Shown: positions 48,111 to 57,193 of the stretch, in pieces | How positions within the stretch are numbered: position 1 is the first letter of the stretch | Layout of the letters: each line of letters starts with the position of its first letter | Origin: a virus | Virus genome (UHGV): UHGV-1351772 | Strand: one strand, 5' to 3' | DNA length: 64,000 bases | Position numbers and translations under genes: made by a program | Notes under the pieces: generated by a model | Database searches by the model: none | Seen by the model: the letters and a program-made list of their open reading frames with translations, nothing else | What the model was told of the DNA's origin: nothing

Positions 48111-48947
48111 TTAGCGAGACAATCTACGAAGGAACTCAATGACAAAGGGCTCGTTAACCAACTTCAAGCAACTGTAAATACGATCCATGGTCGTATCTTG
48201 TCGCCAGTGGTATTTCTCGGCGGTATTCAACACCACCTTACGAACCTTTCTGTCAAGTGGGGAGAACATATACCCATCGCCAAATAGCGTTAGAAACGCC
48301 TTGTTAAACGGGATCTGTTCGGGTTTACCGTAAAGCTTCGTGTACCATTCTAACCGACCTTTAATCTTGCCCGTGTGTGATTCTAGCAGATTCAACAGCG
48401 GGAAATCTTTGTAGGCCAGCAGATCGGCGGGGTAATGGGTTAAAATCAATGTGTCATGCTGCCCTTTCGGAAACACATCGAAGCTTTTGAATTGCTCAGG
48501 GTATTTTTCACCGTATAACTTTAACGTATCGTGTTCTAACGCATTAAAGTGGTGCTGGTTAGGTGTCATCTTTTCCTGCCCTCCCGCAATCGTACGGAAC
48601 GCTGCTTCGGGGAAGATTCTGTTCGCACTTTTATACGTACAGATATAGGGGACACATAGCACCGAAGGCGCTACCGCTTTCGCGGTAGCGTTAATAGAAG
48701 CAATATCTTCTTCAATCGATGCCAGCAACACTTCAGGTGTTAATCGTTCACGATTCGTTTCAAACGCGTAAAACGCGTTACGGAACAACGTCCGTAGATT
48801 CAGGTAAATATCCTGATACTTGTGGATAGGGACAGGACCCTTCCAATCGGCATATTCTCCTTCATGGAGAAGCCCTTCAAAAGCCAACGATGTAGCAATT
48901 GACATTTGATAAAACCCAAACGTGCGATCAACACTGATTGGGGTCAT
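48111..48947 (-). CDS. hypothetical protein
   Basis: 278-aa ORF. Confidence 0.5.
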   Translation of the reverse strand: MTPISVDRTFGFYQMSIATSLAFEGLLHEGEYADWKGPVPIHKYQDIYLNLRTLFRNAFYAFETNRERLTPEVLLASIEEDIASINATAKAVAPSVLCVPYICTYKSANRIFPEAAFRTIAGGQEKMTPNQHHFNALEHDTLKLYGEKYPEQFKSFDVFPKGQHDTLILTHYPADLLAYKDFPLLNLLESHTGKIKGRLEWYTKLYGKPEQIPFNKAFLTLFGDGYMFSPLDRKVRKVVLNTAEKYHWRQDTTMDRIYSCLKLVNEPFVIEFLRRLSR

Positions 48948-50092
48948 TTGATGCTCCTGATAATGTCAGTGACAATTTGTGCATCGTATTTAAACGGCAC
49001 TAATGCTTCTAACAAAATCGCTTCCACATTCTCTTCAGAGATGGTTTCCTCGACCTCTGCGTCGATGGCAAAACCGGCTGCGAGAATTTGCTCCTCTTCA
49101 GGCGTACGTATACGCGTACCTGAAATATGGAATGAATATTGTGATTTCCAACGAGTGATGGCTTCCGCCAATGGAGAATCAGGGTAATATTCAATTTCCA
49201 ATCGTCCTATCATTGAGGACGGATGAGTATCGATGTACTCAAGCGCAGAGAGACATTTCGCGTACTGCGATTCATAGTCCTCCTCCGCAGCAATTTTAAT
49301 CTGCGGGCAAGCGCGTTCATTAACCAAGAAATAATCTCTGGCTAAATCAGGAGTGAAATCGACAATAGCAAAGCCTTTGTCCTCTTCTTCACCCATTGCC
49401 AGGCGATCAGGGCTGCCTGGTACACGAATCTTACCCAATTGTTTCCTACGATGATCGTGATGGATGATAATCAAATGCTTGACTAACGGTTCCCAAAAAT
49501 CCGTATGGAAAAAGCGGGTAGACTCAACGGGAACTTGGAACTGAAAGCAGCCATGCATAAAGCAGAAATCCATCTGCTGTATACCACGCGTGGCTAATAA
49601 TTCAGCCATTTCCTGTTCTGTTGCGGTAGCATCAATGGATTCAGAACCCAGGGCTTTATACTCGTCCTGGACCCAACCGACTGTCGCTTCTAACGCCTCG
49701 TCGTAAAACACGCCAATCTTATCCAGATACAAACAATCTGCACCCACCGCCTGATTTAACTCTTCGACGATTTTCGATTGTTTGTGATCGTGGGAGGGTG
49801 TTCCTTCCAAGACACGAATAGCAGTATTCGTCTGTTTGGCCCAGAGCAATAACCAAGTTAAAAACCCTATGGCTTCCTGAGAATCTTCTTGCCGCAAATG
49901 CCGGGAATCATCAAATAAATCACCAGCTATATAAATAGCGTCAATCGTATTATCGAACCGTTCTAAGGTTTCCTTGAGCACGTTAACAATGTGCCACGTC
50001 GGTACACGACGGTGCAGTAAATGTACATCGCCCGTTGAGAAAATGCGCTTAACGCCAACTGGTTTCGGTGGCGGATTAGTAATCCTCTTCAT
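48944..50092 (-). CDS. calcineurin-like metallophosphoesterase, Mre11/SbcD-like nuclease (putative)
   Basis: Phosphoesterase motifs in order: GDVHL, GDLFDD, SHDH, HGCF, HHDH. Confidence 0.55.
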   Translation of the reverse strand: MKRITNPPPKPVGVKRIFSTGDVHLLHRRVPTWHIVNVLKETLERFDNTIDAIYIAGDLFDDSRHLRQEDSQEAIGFLTWLLLWAKQTNTAIRVLEGTPSHDHKQSKIVEELNQAVGADCLYLDKIGVFYDEALEATVGWVQDEYKALGSESIDATATEQEMAELLATRGIQQMDFCFMHGCFQFQVPVESTRFFHTDFWEPLVKHLIIIHHDHRRKQLGKIRVPGSPDRLAMGEEEDKGFAIVDFTPDLARDYFLVNERACPQIKIAAEEDYESQYAKCLSALEYIDTHPSSMIGRLEIEYYPDSPLAEAITRWKSQYSFHISGTRIRTPEEEQILAAGFAIDAEVEETISEENVEAILLEALVPFKYDAQIVTDIIRSIK

Positions 50093-50744
50093 CGATGATT
50101 CTTCTTCCCTTAGCAGGGGAGGACTGTTCAGGTTGTGCCGCCGTTACAGATTTCTTTTGTCCCTGGATACGATTGCACAATTCTTCAAGTCCTTCAGGAT
50201 AAGGTAATTGTCCTGACACGTTATAACGACGGAAGATCCAGTTTAACAGGTCGATAGTCTGTTTCGCACGAAGTGCATTTTCTTCGTACGACAACTGCTC
50301 GATACCGTCCAACGTATAGTCGATCATCTGATACATCTGCCGTTCACCGACCTCGGAAATGATATCGGCTTGTTGGCGAATCATCTCTGTTTCTTCAGTG
50401 AGCGACGGTTGACCGTCGACGTGTTGGAGTGACCGACCAGTATTAAGCAGAGGCGGGATCGTAAAGAGTAGTTTTGAATTATCCGAATCCGAAACAATCT
50501 GTAACGGAACGAAAGCACTACCTACATAATCCGTCCAGGTATCTTCGTTAAACGTACCGTCCAACATCCCCGACAACAACGGCAAACCTTGTCGACGGAA
50601 CATCGATTCAGTAAACACGCTGCACACACCCTGGCCCTGTTTAAGCATCTCTTCCATTTCAAGAAGTTTCTCAAACTCAAACTTAGCACGGCCAGAAAGT
50701 TCTTCAATGGGTACACCATTAAATTTTCCCGGTTCTTGATCCAT
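50076..50744 (-). CDS. hypothetical protein
   Basis: 222-aa ORF. Confidence 0.5.
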   Translation of the reverse strand: MDQEPGKFNGVPIEELSGRAKFEFEKLLEMEEMLKQGQGVCSVFTESMFRRQGLPLLSGMLDGTFNEDTWTDYVGSAFVPLQIVSDSDNSKLLFTIPPLLNTGRSLQHVDGQPSLTEETEMIRQQADIISEVGERQMYQMIDYTLDGIEQLSYEENALRAKQTIDLLNWIFRRYNVSGQLPYPEGLEELCNRIQGQKKSVTAAQPEQSSPAKGRRIIDEEDY

Positions 50745-50746
50745 CC

Positions 50747-51130
50747 TTACTCATCCTCAATGACTGATGATTCAGTTTCAACGTATCGTTCCACATCATA
50801 CCACACCCCGCCCGACATAACGCGAGCTTGGATGATGATACGGTAACGTACATCGGTATCCGGCAAATATTCCCAGGTTGTCTCTACTTCAACCCCCTCA
50901 GGAAAAATATGTTCGTAAAGCGTGGTTAAGTCTGTTTTCACCCGATTGGCTAAACCGTCGGGATCTTGAGCAAACATTTGCTTTGCTTTCGCAAGTGACC
51001 GGACATTGCCTTGATAAATTTGCGATTGGCTGTACCCTGCTTCCGTGTAATGATTCATCATCTCACGAATACGTTCACGGGGAGTTTTTGCCCAGCCGCG
51101 TGTAGAAACCGTGCCTACTGCAATCGCCAT
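50747..51130 (-). CDS. hypothetical protein
   Basis: 127-aa ORF. Confidence 0.5.
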   Translation of the reverse strand: MAIAVGTVSTRGWAKTPRERIREMMNHYTEAGYSQSQIYQGNVRSLAKAKQMFAQDPDGLANRVKTDLTTLYEHIFPEGVEVETTWEYLPDTDVRYRIIIQARVMSGGVWYDVERYVETESSVIEDE

Positions 51131-51177
51131 TCTCTACTCCTATCACATTGATAGCTGCTGCTGTAAATAAGAAAAAA

Positions 51178-51204
51178 GAAGGGGGTGCCCAATCCCCTTC
51201 TTTT
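51178..51204. terminator. bidirectional terminator
   Basis: gaagggg-tgcccaat-ccccttc with A-run and T-run. Confidence 0.5.
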
Positions 51205-51207
51205 CGA

Positions 51208-51795
51208 TTAACACGAAGCGCCGAGTTCAGAACACGGATCTTCGTCTTCCCAATCAAAACTCCGCATACGTGCCCAGTTGATTTGCATGTCAACTTGCTC
51301 TACACGCGTGAGTTTGTTGGATCGATCTTCGTTGGATACCCAGTTCCAAATACGATCTTCATCGTACTCGTTGGACATACCCGACGTTACTTCGCGGAAG
51401 TTATCGTCCGTATGCATATACGCCGAACCACGGAAGTTATCGATTTTCGAATACCCGTTCTCGTAACCGGTCGCCATGTTGTTATTGTACAATTGTCGAT
51501 ATTCCGGCAACGCCATTAGCAACGGCTGTAAGGTTGCGTTTGCAAACTGGAATTGTCCTATCTTCTCCAATTGTCGTACAACGTCAGTCGCATCGCTGTG
51601 CTGTACTTTGCGTGCGGCTGCATACATCTCGCGGAAACGCTCTAATGAAATTAACTCATTACATTTTCGTTTAACGCTTTCGATCATGTCAGGAGCAAAG
51701 GCGTTAATATCGAAATTGTCTCTGAAATAGCGATACATCCCGCTATTTTCAGTTTGTCGCGTCCAGATGGTTCCGCCTAAGTTCCACATGCCCAT
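51208..51795 (-). CDS. hypothetical protein
   Basis: 195-aa ORF immediately downstream of beta-prime exon 2, in a different frame. Confidence 0.5.
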   Translation of the reverse strand: MGMWNLGGTIWTRQTENSGMYRYFRDNFDINAFAPDMIESVKRKCNELISLERFREMYAAARKVQHSDATDVVRQLEKIGQFQFANATLQPLLMALPEYRQLYNNNMATGYENGYSKIDNFRGSAYMHTDDNFREVTSGMSNEYDEDRIWNWVSNEDRSNKLTRVEQVDMQINWARMRSFDWEDEDPCSELGASC

Positions 51796-51801
51796 GTTTC
51801 A

Positions 51802-53759
51802 TTACCCCGCCAATTTTAATAATTCCGAGTCAAGCGCGATACCGGCTTCCAAGTCCTCTTCAGTATCCTGGAAGAAACTGTTTATGTTGCTGATATTCTC
51901 GTTATGGAGAATCATGCAACTCGAAACCTCGTCCACATTCGTGCTTGACATAAACCCGTTGTCTGGGCGATAAGCCATGCCCAGTTCCATTTCAATCTGG
52001 TCGATTGCCAATCTACATTGTAACTGGTCGCCATCGAAATCCTGTTTGTCCACTCCATTCCTTTTGGAGCAGGTGTGCAATGACACCCTCCCATGCTTTC
52101 ACATGGGCACAGACTATATCATAACCGTAGGTATTGCTACCCGTAGGTCTCCCCCACTTCGCCGCTAAACTAAGCAGCTACTCTACTCGGTTTTACCCTT
52201 TCGATAGTCGTTGAACGATTTTCATCGCTGCTGGTTATCCATTATCACAACCCTTAGCATTATTGGTTAGCATAGGTTATCTTACGAATTGTTTCTGACT
52301 TTCGCCACCCTGTCGGGATCGTAAGCTTTAGGGGTTTCCAGCAATTCGAGGGATACGCACTAGAGGTTTCCCGTCTAGTGGGCCAGTGTTTAGCATTAGG
52401 TGCTTTGATGACGCGATCAGAAATACGCAGAGAACATTGTGTTACATCTGTCAGTACCGCTGAGATGAACAATGTCTGAATAGAAAGTTGAACCAATGTT
52501 GGGTTACGCAGAACTTCCAACATTAAGCCGAATCCGCCGGGGGATTCTTTAATCAACTCATTAATAATTTCATGTACCAACGGTACATACTGCATTGCCG
52601 CAAATGCAATGATGCGCTCACATTGTCGAGGTGTATAATCACGTCGACCTAACTTGTTCTCAATGTGAACACTCGCCAACGGAACCAACCAACGCCAAGG
52701 CGCAATAACTTTCAACGCATCATGAGGTTCAGAGATAGGAGAGATAGTCACACGTCCGCCCCACGGTACGTGTGTTGACCCGAGTTTTGCCCGATAGAAC
52801 CCAGGTTTACCTTCCATCACTTCCTGACGATGGTCAATATAGAAATACGCAAGCTGTCGATTCGCTTTGATCGCACGACGAATAATAAATCGTGGTTCGA
52901 TACGGCGTGCATTCGTGTACAACAACGCCACATTTTTTACTGCGTCGATAGCGCTGGTATAAACCGGATCGATAAAAATACCTTGTCGGCGCTCCTCCGT
53001 AACGATCAGTTTTGATGAAATAATCGGAAGGTGTCTTGGAAAGAATGAGAACGATTGTTCCTGAAAGAACTCACGCCATTCTAAGCGCACGCGCTCACTC
53101 TCATAACGGTTATTTTTCGTTGGTGGATAAATCTCCTTCCAAGCTTCCGGAGACGTAAGGATATTAAAGACGGTTCGATGGTGGTCGATAAAGTTTCGAA
53201 TTCCCCGTTCGAAGCCATGTTCGCCGAGTATTCTTTTCACCACGCGAGCACGTGTTCCCTCGTCCTTTTCTGGATGGTAGTACGGATCGATTAGCCACAG
53301 CAGTAAATCAGACCCGCGTTCTACCGTCACTTTGTTACGATTAAATTTTTTCAGCTTAGAGCCAAAGAAGGCATTAAAGAGAGACCAAAAACGTGGATTG
53401 ATAAAGTTACCCATCTCATCGGGAGCGCGTAACCAGACATCAGACGTAATCCGATGTTCAGAAACAACATGTCCGCAATGTGGGCAACGAAGCCCAAGAT
53501 TATAACGATGGGTAATAGGTGATTCGCAGGTCAGACTGCAAATAGGAGCCGAGTTGAGTGTTTCATCAACGATTCGGTTTTGGAGTATTTGGTTAATCAT
53601 CTCCGACGCTTCGATGGTATCCATCGTTGCAGCAACGTCATTGATAATAATCGGTGGTTTGTAGCCTTTTTCCTCCGCTTCTTGTATACAGTCACGTAAC
53701 ATCTTGTCGTGACTAATTAGTCGCCCCGAAATCCCGTAATATTCTAGTTTATGTTCCAC
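51802..53759 (-). CDS. multisubunit RNA polymerase beta-prime-like subunit, N-terminal portion with catalytic DFDGD; interrupted by a group I intron (exon 1 about 52446..53759, exon 2 about 51802..52087)
   Basis: Exon 1 has zinc ribbon CSLTCESPITHRYNLGLRCPHCG, GKPGFYRAKLG...GGRVTISP (cf. [20 protein letters not shown]) and LRNPTLVQLSIQ (cf. [12 protein letters not shown]); exon 2 has LHTCSKRNGVDKQDFDGDQL (cf. [18 protein letters not shown]); ORF-track splits this into two ORFs and reads through the intron. Confidence 0.75.
52088..52446 (-). other. group I self-splicing intron (ORF-less), boundaries approximate within about 10 nt
   Basis: On the gene strand, in order: P-like gaattgctggaaac (52331..52350), Q-like aaccagcagcg (52226..52236), R-like gttcaacgactat (52204..52216), S-like gatatagtctg (52110..52120), then a P9-like hairpin cccatg-tgaaag-catggg; P3 (ctgg/ccag) and P7 (gacta/tagtc) pairings possible. 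Confidence 0.7.
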
Positions 53760-53789
53760 GCCGAATCCTCAACAAAAAAAGAGAGGGAA

Positions 53790-53814
53790 GGGACAGGGGG
53801 TTTTCCCCTGTCCC
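53790..53814 (-). terminator. rho-independent terminator after 53844..55691
   Basis: gggacagggg-gtttt-cccctgtccc hairpin followed by T-run on minus strand. Confidence 0.6.
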
Positions 53815-53843
53815 TCAACTACTGCTTACTACTTACCAACTTA

Positions 53844-55691
53844 TTAGAAAGTCGGACGCCAGTCAGTTGCAGCGAAGGACATACCGAAATCGCTACCAAA
53901 TGCGTTAGGACCGCTACCAGACAGCGCGAAGTTCTCATTACCCGTGTTAACAAACACAGAGTGAGTGAGGCTGTTCGCTGCGGTAACACCATTCACCTGG
54001 AAGTTGCAGTTTTCAGTAATGTATTCCACCAGTGCTTTACCAAACAGCGGATTGATCGCCAGGTCAGACGCTTCACCCGTTACCTGCGGCTGTTTGCTAC
54101 CGAACATGGACGCAGCCATTTTCAGCAGGTACAGACGCTGGTCACGCGCATTCAGATAGCGGTGAGAGTAGGACTGTGCACTGATGTAGTCGATCGCATC
54201 GCGTTGGTTATCACCCACTTTAGTCAGAGCGGAAACCAAGTCCATATCCTGGAAGCTGCGTTTCTGGCTGTTGCTGAAATACTGACCAGAGATGGTCGGG
54301 CAACCGGCAATAACAACGTGTTTGCACTCGAAGTTGGTGACATTGCCCAGCAGTGCTTTGAAGCGAGTGCTGAACTTAGTCGCGCCGTTGCTGGCCATGT
54401 TATCCAGGATATTGAACAGGGTGTACAGTGCGTTGGTGTTACCCATCCCGATTTCGCTCAGGAGAGTAGACAGGCCACCGATACCGTTACCTGCACGATG
54501 GTTCACCACCAGGGCCGCAGTCGGGTTAGCGAAGGTGTCCAGGCATTTCTCGATAACTTCACGGTTACCGTCGATTTTGCTCAGGTCAGGTTTTTCGCTG
54601 CCCCATTCTACATACTCCAGAACGCGGGAGAAGCGGCGATCGGTTTTGTTCAGCGACTGCATGAAACGTTCACGCCAGCCACCAATAGTGGCGATTTGTG
54701 CGAACGCGGCCAGTTCAATCAGCTGACGCTCGATAGGTGCCATTGCCCCAGAGGACTGAGAATCCATCAGGGAAACAACCACTTCGGCTTCCAGCTGACG
54801 CAGGTCCTGAGTACCGTTAGTCAGGGTTTGAGGTTTACCTTTATGGCGGAGGTTGATGTAACCAACACCTGCAACGCTCGGATAATTCTGGAGGCGTTCA
54901 GAAGAGAACAGCGTCGGGTTATTATCGTTGTTGCCAGTGCGAGTGTGGTCAACCACAACCATCAGGTCAGCACGTTGTGCAGAACCGTTAACGTCAGTTA
55001 CAGAACCTTCTTCAACTACGCTGACTTGCGCGGTGAAGCGATCAGAACGGGTCATTTTCAGGTAGCCCAGGTAGCCGGAATGACGACCGAAGATACCCAA
55101 TGCAATCTGGCCCATGAGCTGGTTAGCCCATTCTTCGTTCATGGTTTTACCCAGTTCCGGTACGCAGTTCATTACCATGAACTGTACGCTTGGCAGATTG
55201 TGCTGAGTTGCAATCTGGTTAGTGATGTTGTTCATCACACCTTCTTGACTGAACAGCTGCGCCAGGGTGTAGTAGTTTTCTTTACCGTTGATTTCGTAGA
55301 AACGGATGGACTGGCCATGTTCAAAGAACAGGATACCATAGAGCCATTCGTTATGGTTATCGCCGGACGGACCAGCCACGTATGCAGCAGAACCCATTTC
55401 AGAGTTGATGCCGTCAATAACACCCCAACGGAAGTTACGCAGGTATGTGTTCTTCTCCGCCATCTTCTCAATCAGGCTAGTGAACTGAGAAGCAGTGGAC
55501 ACGAAAGACATGTATCCGAAAGCTTTATCGAAAGTAGAGATGTTTTTAGACATCCCACCAAAAGCGTTGGCCGCATTGGTATTATCCACAGTAGCAGCTC
55601 CCGCGCCACCGAAAGACGGAATTGGATCTGCAGCGGAACCAGCAGCACCAGTCACAACGTCGTTTTGATTGTCAATAAACTCTTTAGCCAT
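53844..55691 (-). CDS. abundant 615-aa protein; candidate phage nuclear-shell protein (chimallin), alternatively a virion structural protein
   Basis: Strong codon bias; AAGGA RBS; two tandem consensus promoter motifs upstream; own terminator; size and extended N/C tails are compatible with chimallin, but no direct sequence verification is possible here. Confidence 0.4.
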   Translation of the reverse strand: MAKEFIDNQNDVVTGAAGSAADPIPSFGGAGAATVDNTNAANAFGGMSKNISTFDKAFGYMSFVSTASQFTSLIEKMAEKNTYLRNFRWGVIDGINSEMGSAAYVAGPSGDNHNEWLYGILFFEHGQSIRFYEINGKENYYTLAQLFSQEGVMNNITNQIATQHNLPSVQFMVMNCVPELGKTMNEEWANQLMGQIALGIFGRHSGYLGYLKMTRSDRFTAQVSVVEEGSVTDVNGSAQRADLMVVVDHTRTGNNDNNPTLFSSERLQNYPSVAGVGYINLRHKGKPQTLTNGTQDLRQLEAEVVVSLMDSQSSGAMAPIERQLIELAAFAQIATIGGWRERFMQSLNKTDRRFSRVLEYVEWGSEKPDLSKIDGNREVIEKCLDTFANPTAALVVNHRAGNGIGGLSTLLSEIGMGNTNALYTLFNILDNMASNGATKFSTRFKALLGNVTNFECKHVVIAGCPTISGQYFSNSQKRSFQDMDLVSALTKVGDNQRDAIDYISAQSYSHRYLNARDQRLYLLKMAASMFGSKQPQVTGEASDLAINPLFGKALVEYITENCNFQVNGVTAANSLTHSVFVNTGNENFALSGSGPNAFGSDFGMSFAATDWRPTF

Positions 55692-55740
55692 TTTACTTAA
55701 TCCTTATAAGGTTTAATACAATTGTAGTGTTGGTTCACGT

Positions 55741-55754
55741 AGATAATATCTAGC
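55741..55754. promoter_or_regulatory. palindromic promoter-like motif AGATAATATCTAGC with downstream GATATTTT
   Basis: First of two tandem copies in the divergent region between 55691 and 55900. Confidence 0.55.
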
Positions 55755-55820
55755 TAAGATATTTTAGAATACACGTAAAACACACATAGCTTAAAATGAT
55801 TAACTACCGAACCATCACAT

Positions 55821-55834
55821 AGATAATATCTTTC
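55821..55834. promoter_or_regulatory. palindromic promoter-like motif AGATAATATCTTTC with downstream GATATTTT
   Basis: Second tandem copy, 80 nt from the first. Confidence 0.55.
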
Positions 55835-55899
55835 TCAGATATTTTTCAATGTGAGTGAGACTGTGACCGTTTCCTATGTGTAACCCCAAGGAGTAAGTC

Positions 55900-56961
55900 A
55901 TGTTCAGTCAAGCCGAGTTAAACCAAGCAGCCATAAAGGGTAAATTCGAAGACCCTTCCGCTATACAATTGGTCAGTGCCGTAAAAAATAATAATCAGCG
56001 CATTCGCAACTATTTAGAGTCCATTCAAACCCGTGTTGTTTCAGGCCATCTGGTACTCAAAATCTTAGCGGCTATCGGATATGCGGGTGAACCCAGCTAC
56101 GAAGAGATCGAGTGGGCATGTCGACGCAAGCTTTCCGATATCGGTAATGCGCTACACCTAACTTCTGTGGGGGAGTATGGTCAAGTTTTCAACGGGATCT
56201 TTATCGAGGGGCAAGATGAGATTATTTCACTCGTCGCACGTCCTATTGATCCTGAACTGTCTTTTCGTGACTACACACCTGCAGTTTATCTTTATCACGA
56301 GTACACGAATCTTAACTGGAGTCTCGGGAACGGCAAACCCCGTGGCATCAGTATTATTGAAATTAATCTGGTTGCACTGCTATGGCAATACGTTCTTGCA
56401 GAACAATACTACCGAACGCAATCCGAACCGATTAACCGTGTAGTTTACGCGCAACGACACATCATTTACCGTATGTTACCCAGCTACATGAATATTGCTT
56501 TTTTAAATATTCATCGCGCTGTCGCAACGGGTAAAGAAGTCGAACCCGAAACGCCACTTCGTGTTATCCCTACACCACCTTTGCGTGAACTTTCAATTAA
56601 ACACGCAACGCAAGTTTGTAAAGCACTTCGTGCAGGTAAACCTTTACCTGGTGTGGTCATGGCACACATTCCACAGTTCTTTGATGATCCGACACACCCT
56701 ACCACTGCGGTAGACCGCATCCTTTTTAAAGACCCAGGCTCAACCATTCAAGGTAGTTGGCATCGAAACATCGTGAACTGGTATTGGGCGTTGTTCTGCT
56801 TACAGTTCGACAATTCGAGTATGAGCAAATACAAATCCAATTTAATGGTGCGTATAGCCAGATTCGAAGATGCGAAGATATTGGAAAAACTTACACGGTC
56901 GGCTAGAAATTACTATCGACACGAGTTAATTTTACCATTATATCACGCATTAGAAAATTAA
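55900..56961 (+). CDS. hypothetical protein
   Basis: 353-aa ORF downstream of the tandem motifs; terminator hairpin at 57014..57040. Confidence 0.6.
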   Translation: MFSQAELNQAAIKGKFEDPSAIQLVSAVKNNNQRIRNYLESIQTRVVSGHLVLKILAAIGYAGEPSYEEIEWACRRKLSDIGNALHLTSVGEYGQVFNGIFIEGQDEIISLVARPIDPELSFRDYTPAVYLYHEYTNLNWSLGNGKPRGISIIEINLVALLWQYVLAEQYYRTQSEPINRVVYAQRHIIYRMLPSYMNIAFLNIHRAVATGKEVEPETPLRVIPTPPLRELSIKHATQVCKALRAGKPLPGVVMAHIPQFFDDPTHPTTAVDRILFKDPGSTIQGSWHRNIVNWYWALFCLQFDNSSMSKYKSNLMVRIARFEDAKILEKLTRSARNYYRHELILPLYHALEN

Positions 56962-57013
56962 GACTTACTCTCCCCCGCTGAGGATTCTTTCGAATCCCCA
57001 TATAATAGAGTTA

Positions 57014-57045
57014 AAACGTTGCACCAAAGTGCAACGTTTACTTTC
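57014..57045. terminator. bidirectional terminator
   Basis: aaacgttgcac-caaa-gtgcaacgttt plus T-run; between convergent genes. Confidence 0.55.
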
Positions 57046-57193
57046 TTTTTACCGTAATTCGTATCCCATGACAAAAACATTCTGTCCGGTTACGTGAGCT
57101 AACCACCCGTTTAACTGATCGTCATAGTAGATTTCGAAACTGACAACGGGCTTCAGTCGGAACCAACGTTCGTTACACGGGATCGAATTAATC

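Noticed and set aside
52260-52451. Last 63 codons of ORF-track ORF 52260..53759
   Set aside because: These codons are read-through into the group I intron; beta-prime homology ends at about 52446 and resumes at about 52087
53751-55700. 649-aa plus-strand ORF antisense to the 615-aa gene
   Set aside because: Shadow ORF: rich in Arg/Cys/His/Val-Thr runs; the minus-strand ORF has the RBS, promoter motifs and terminator
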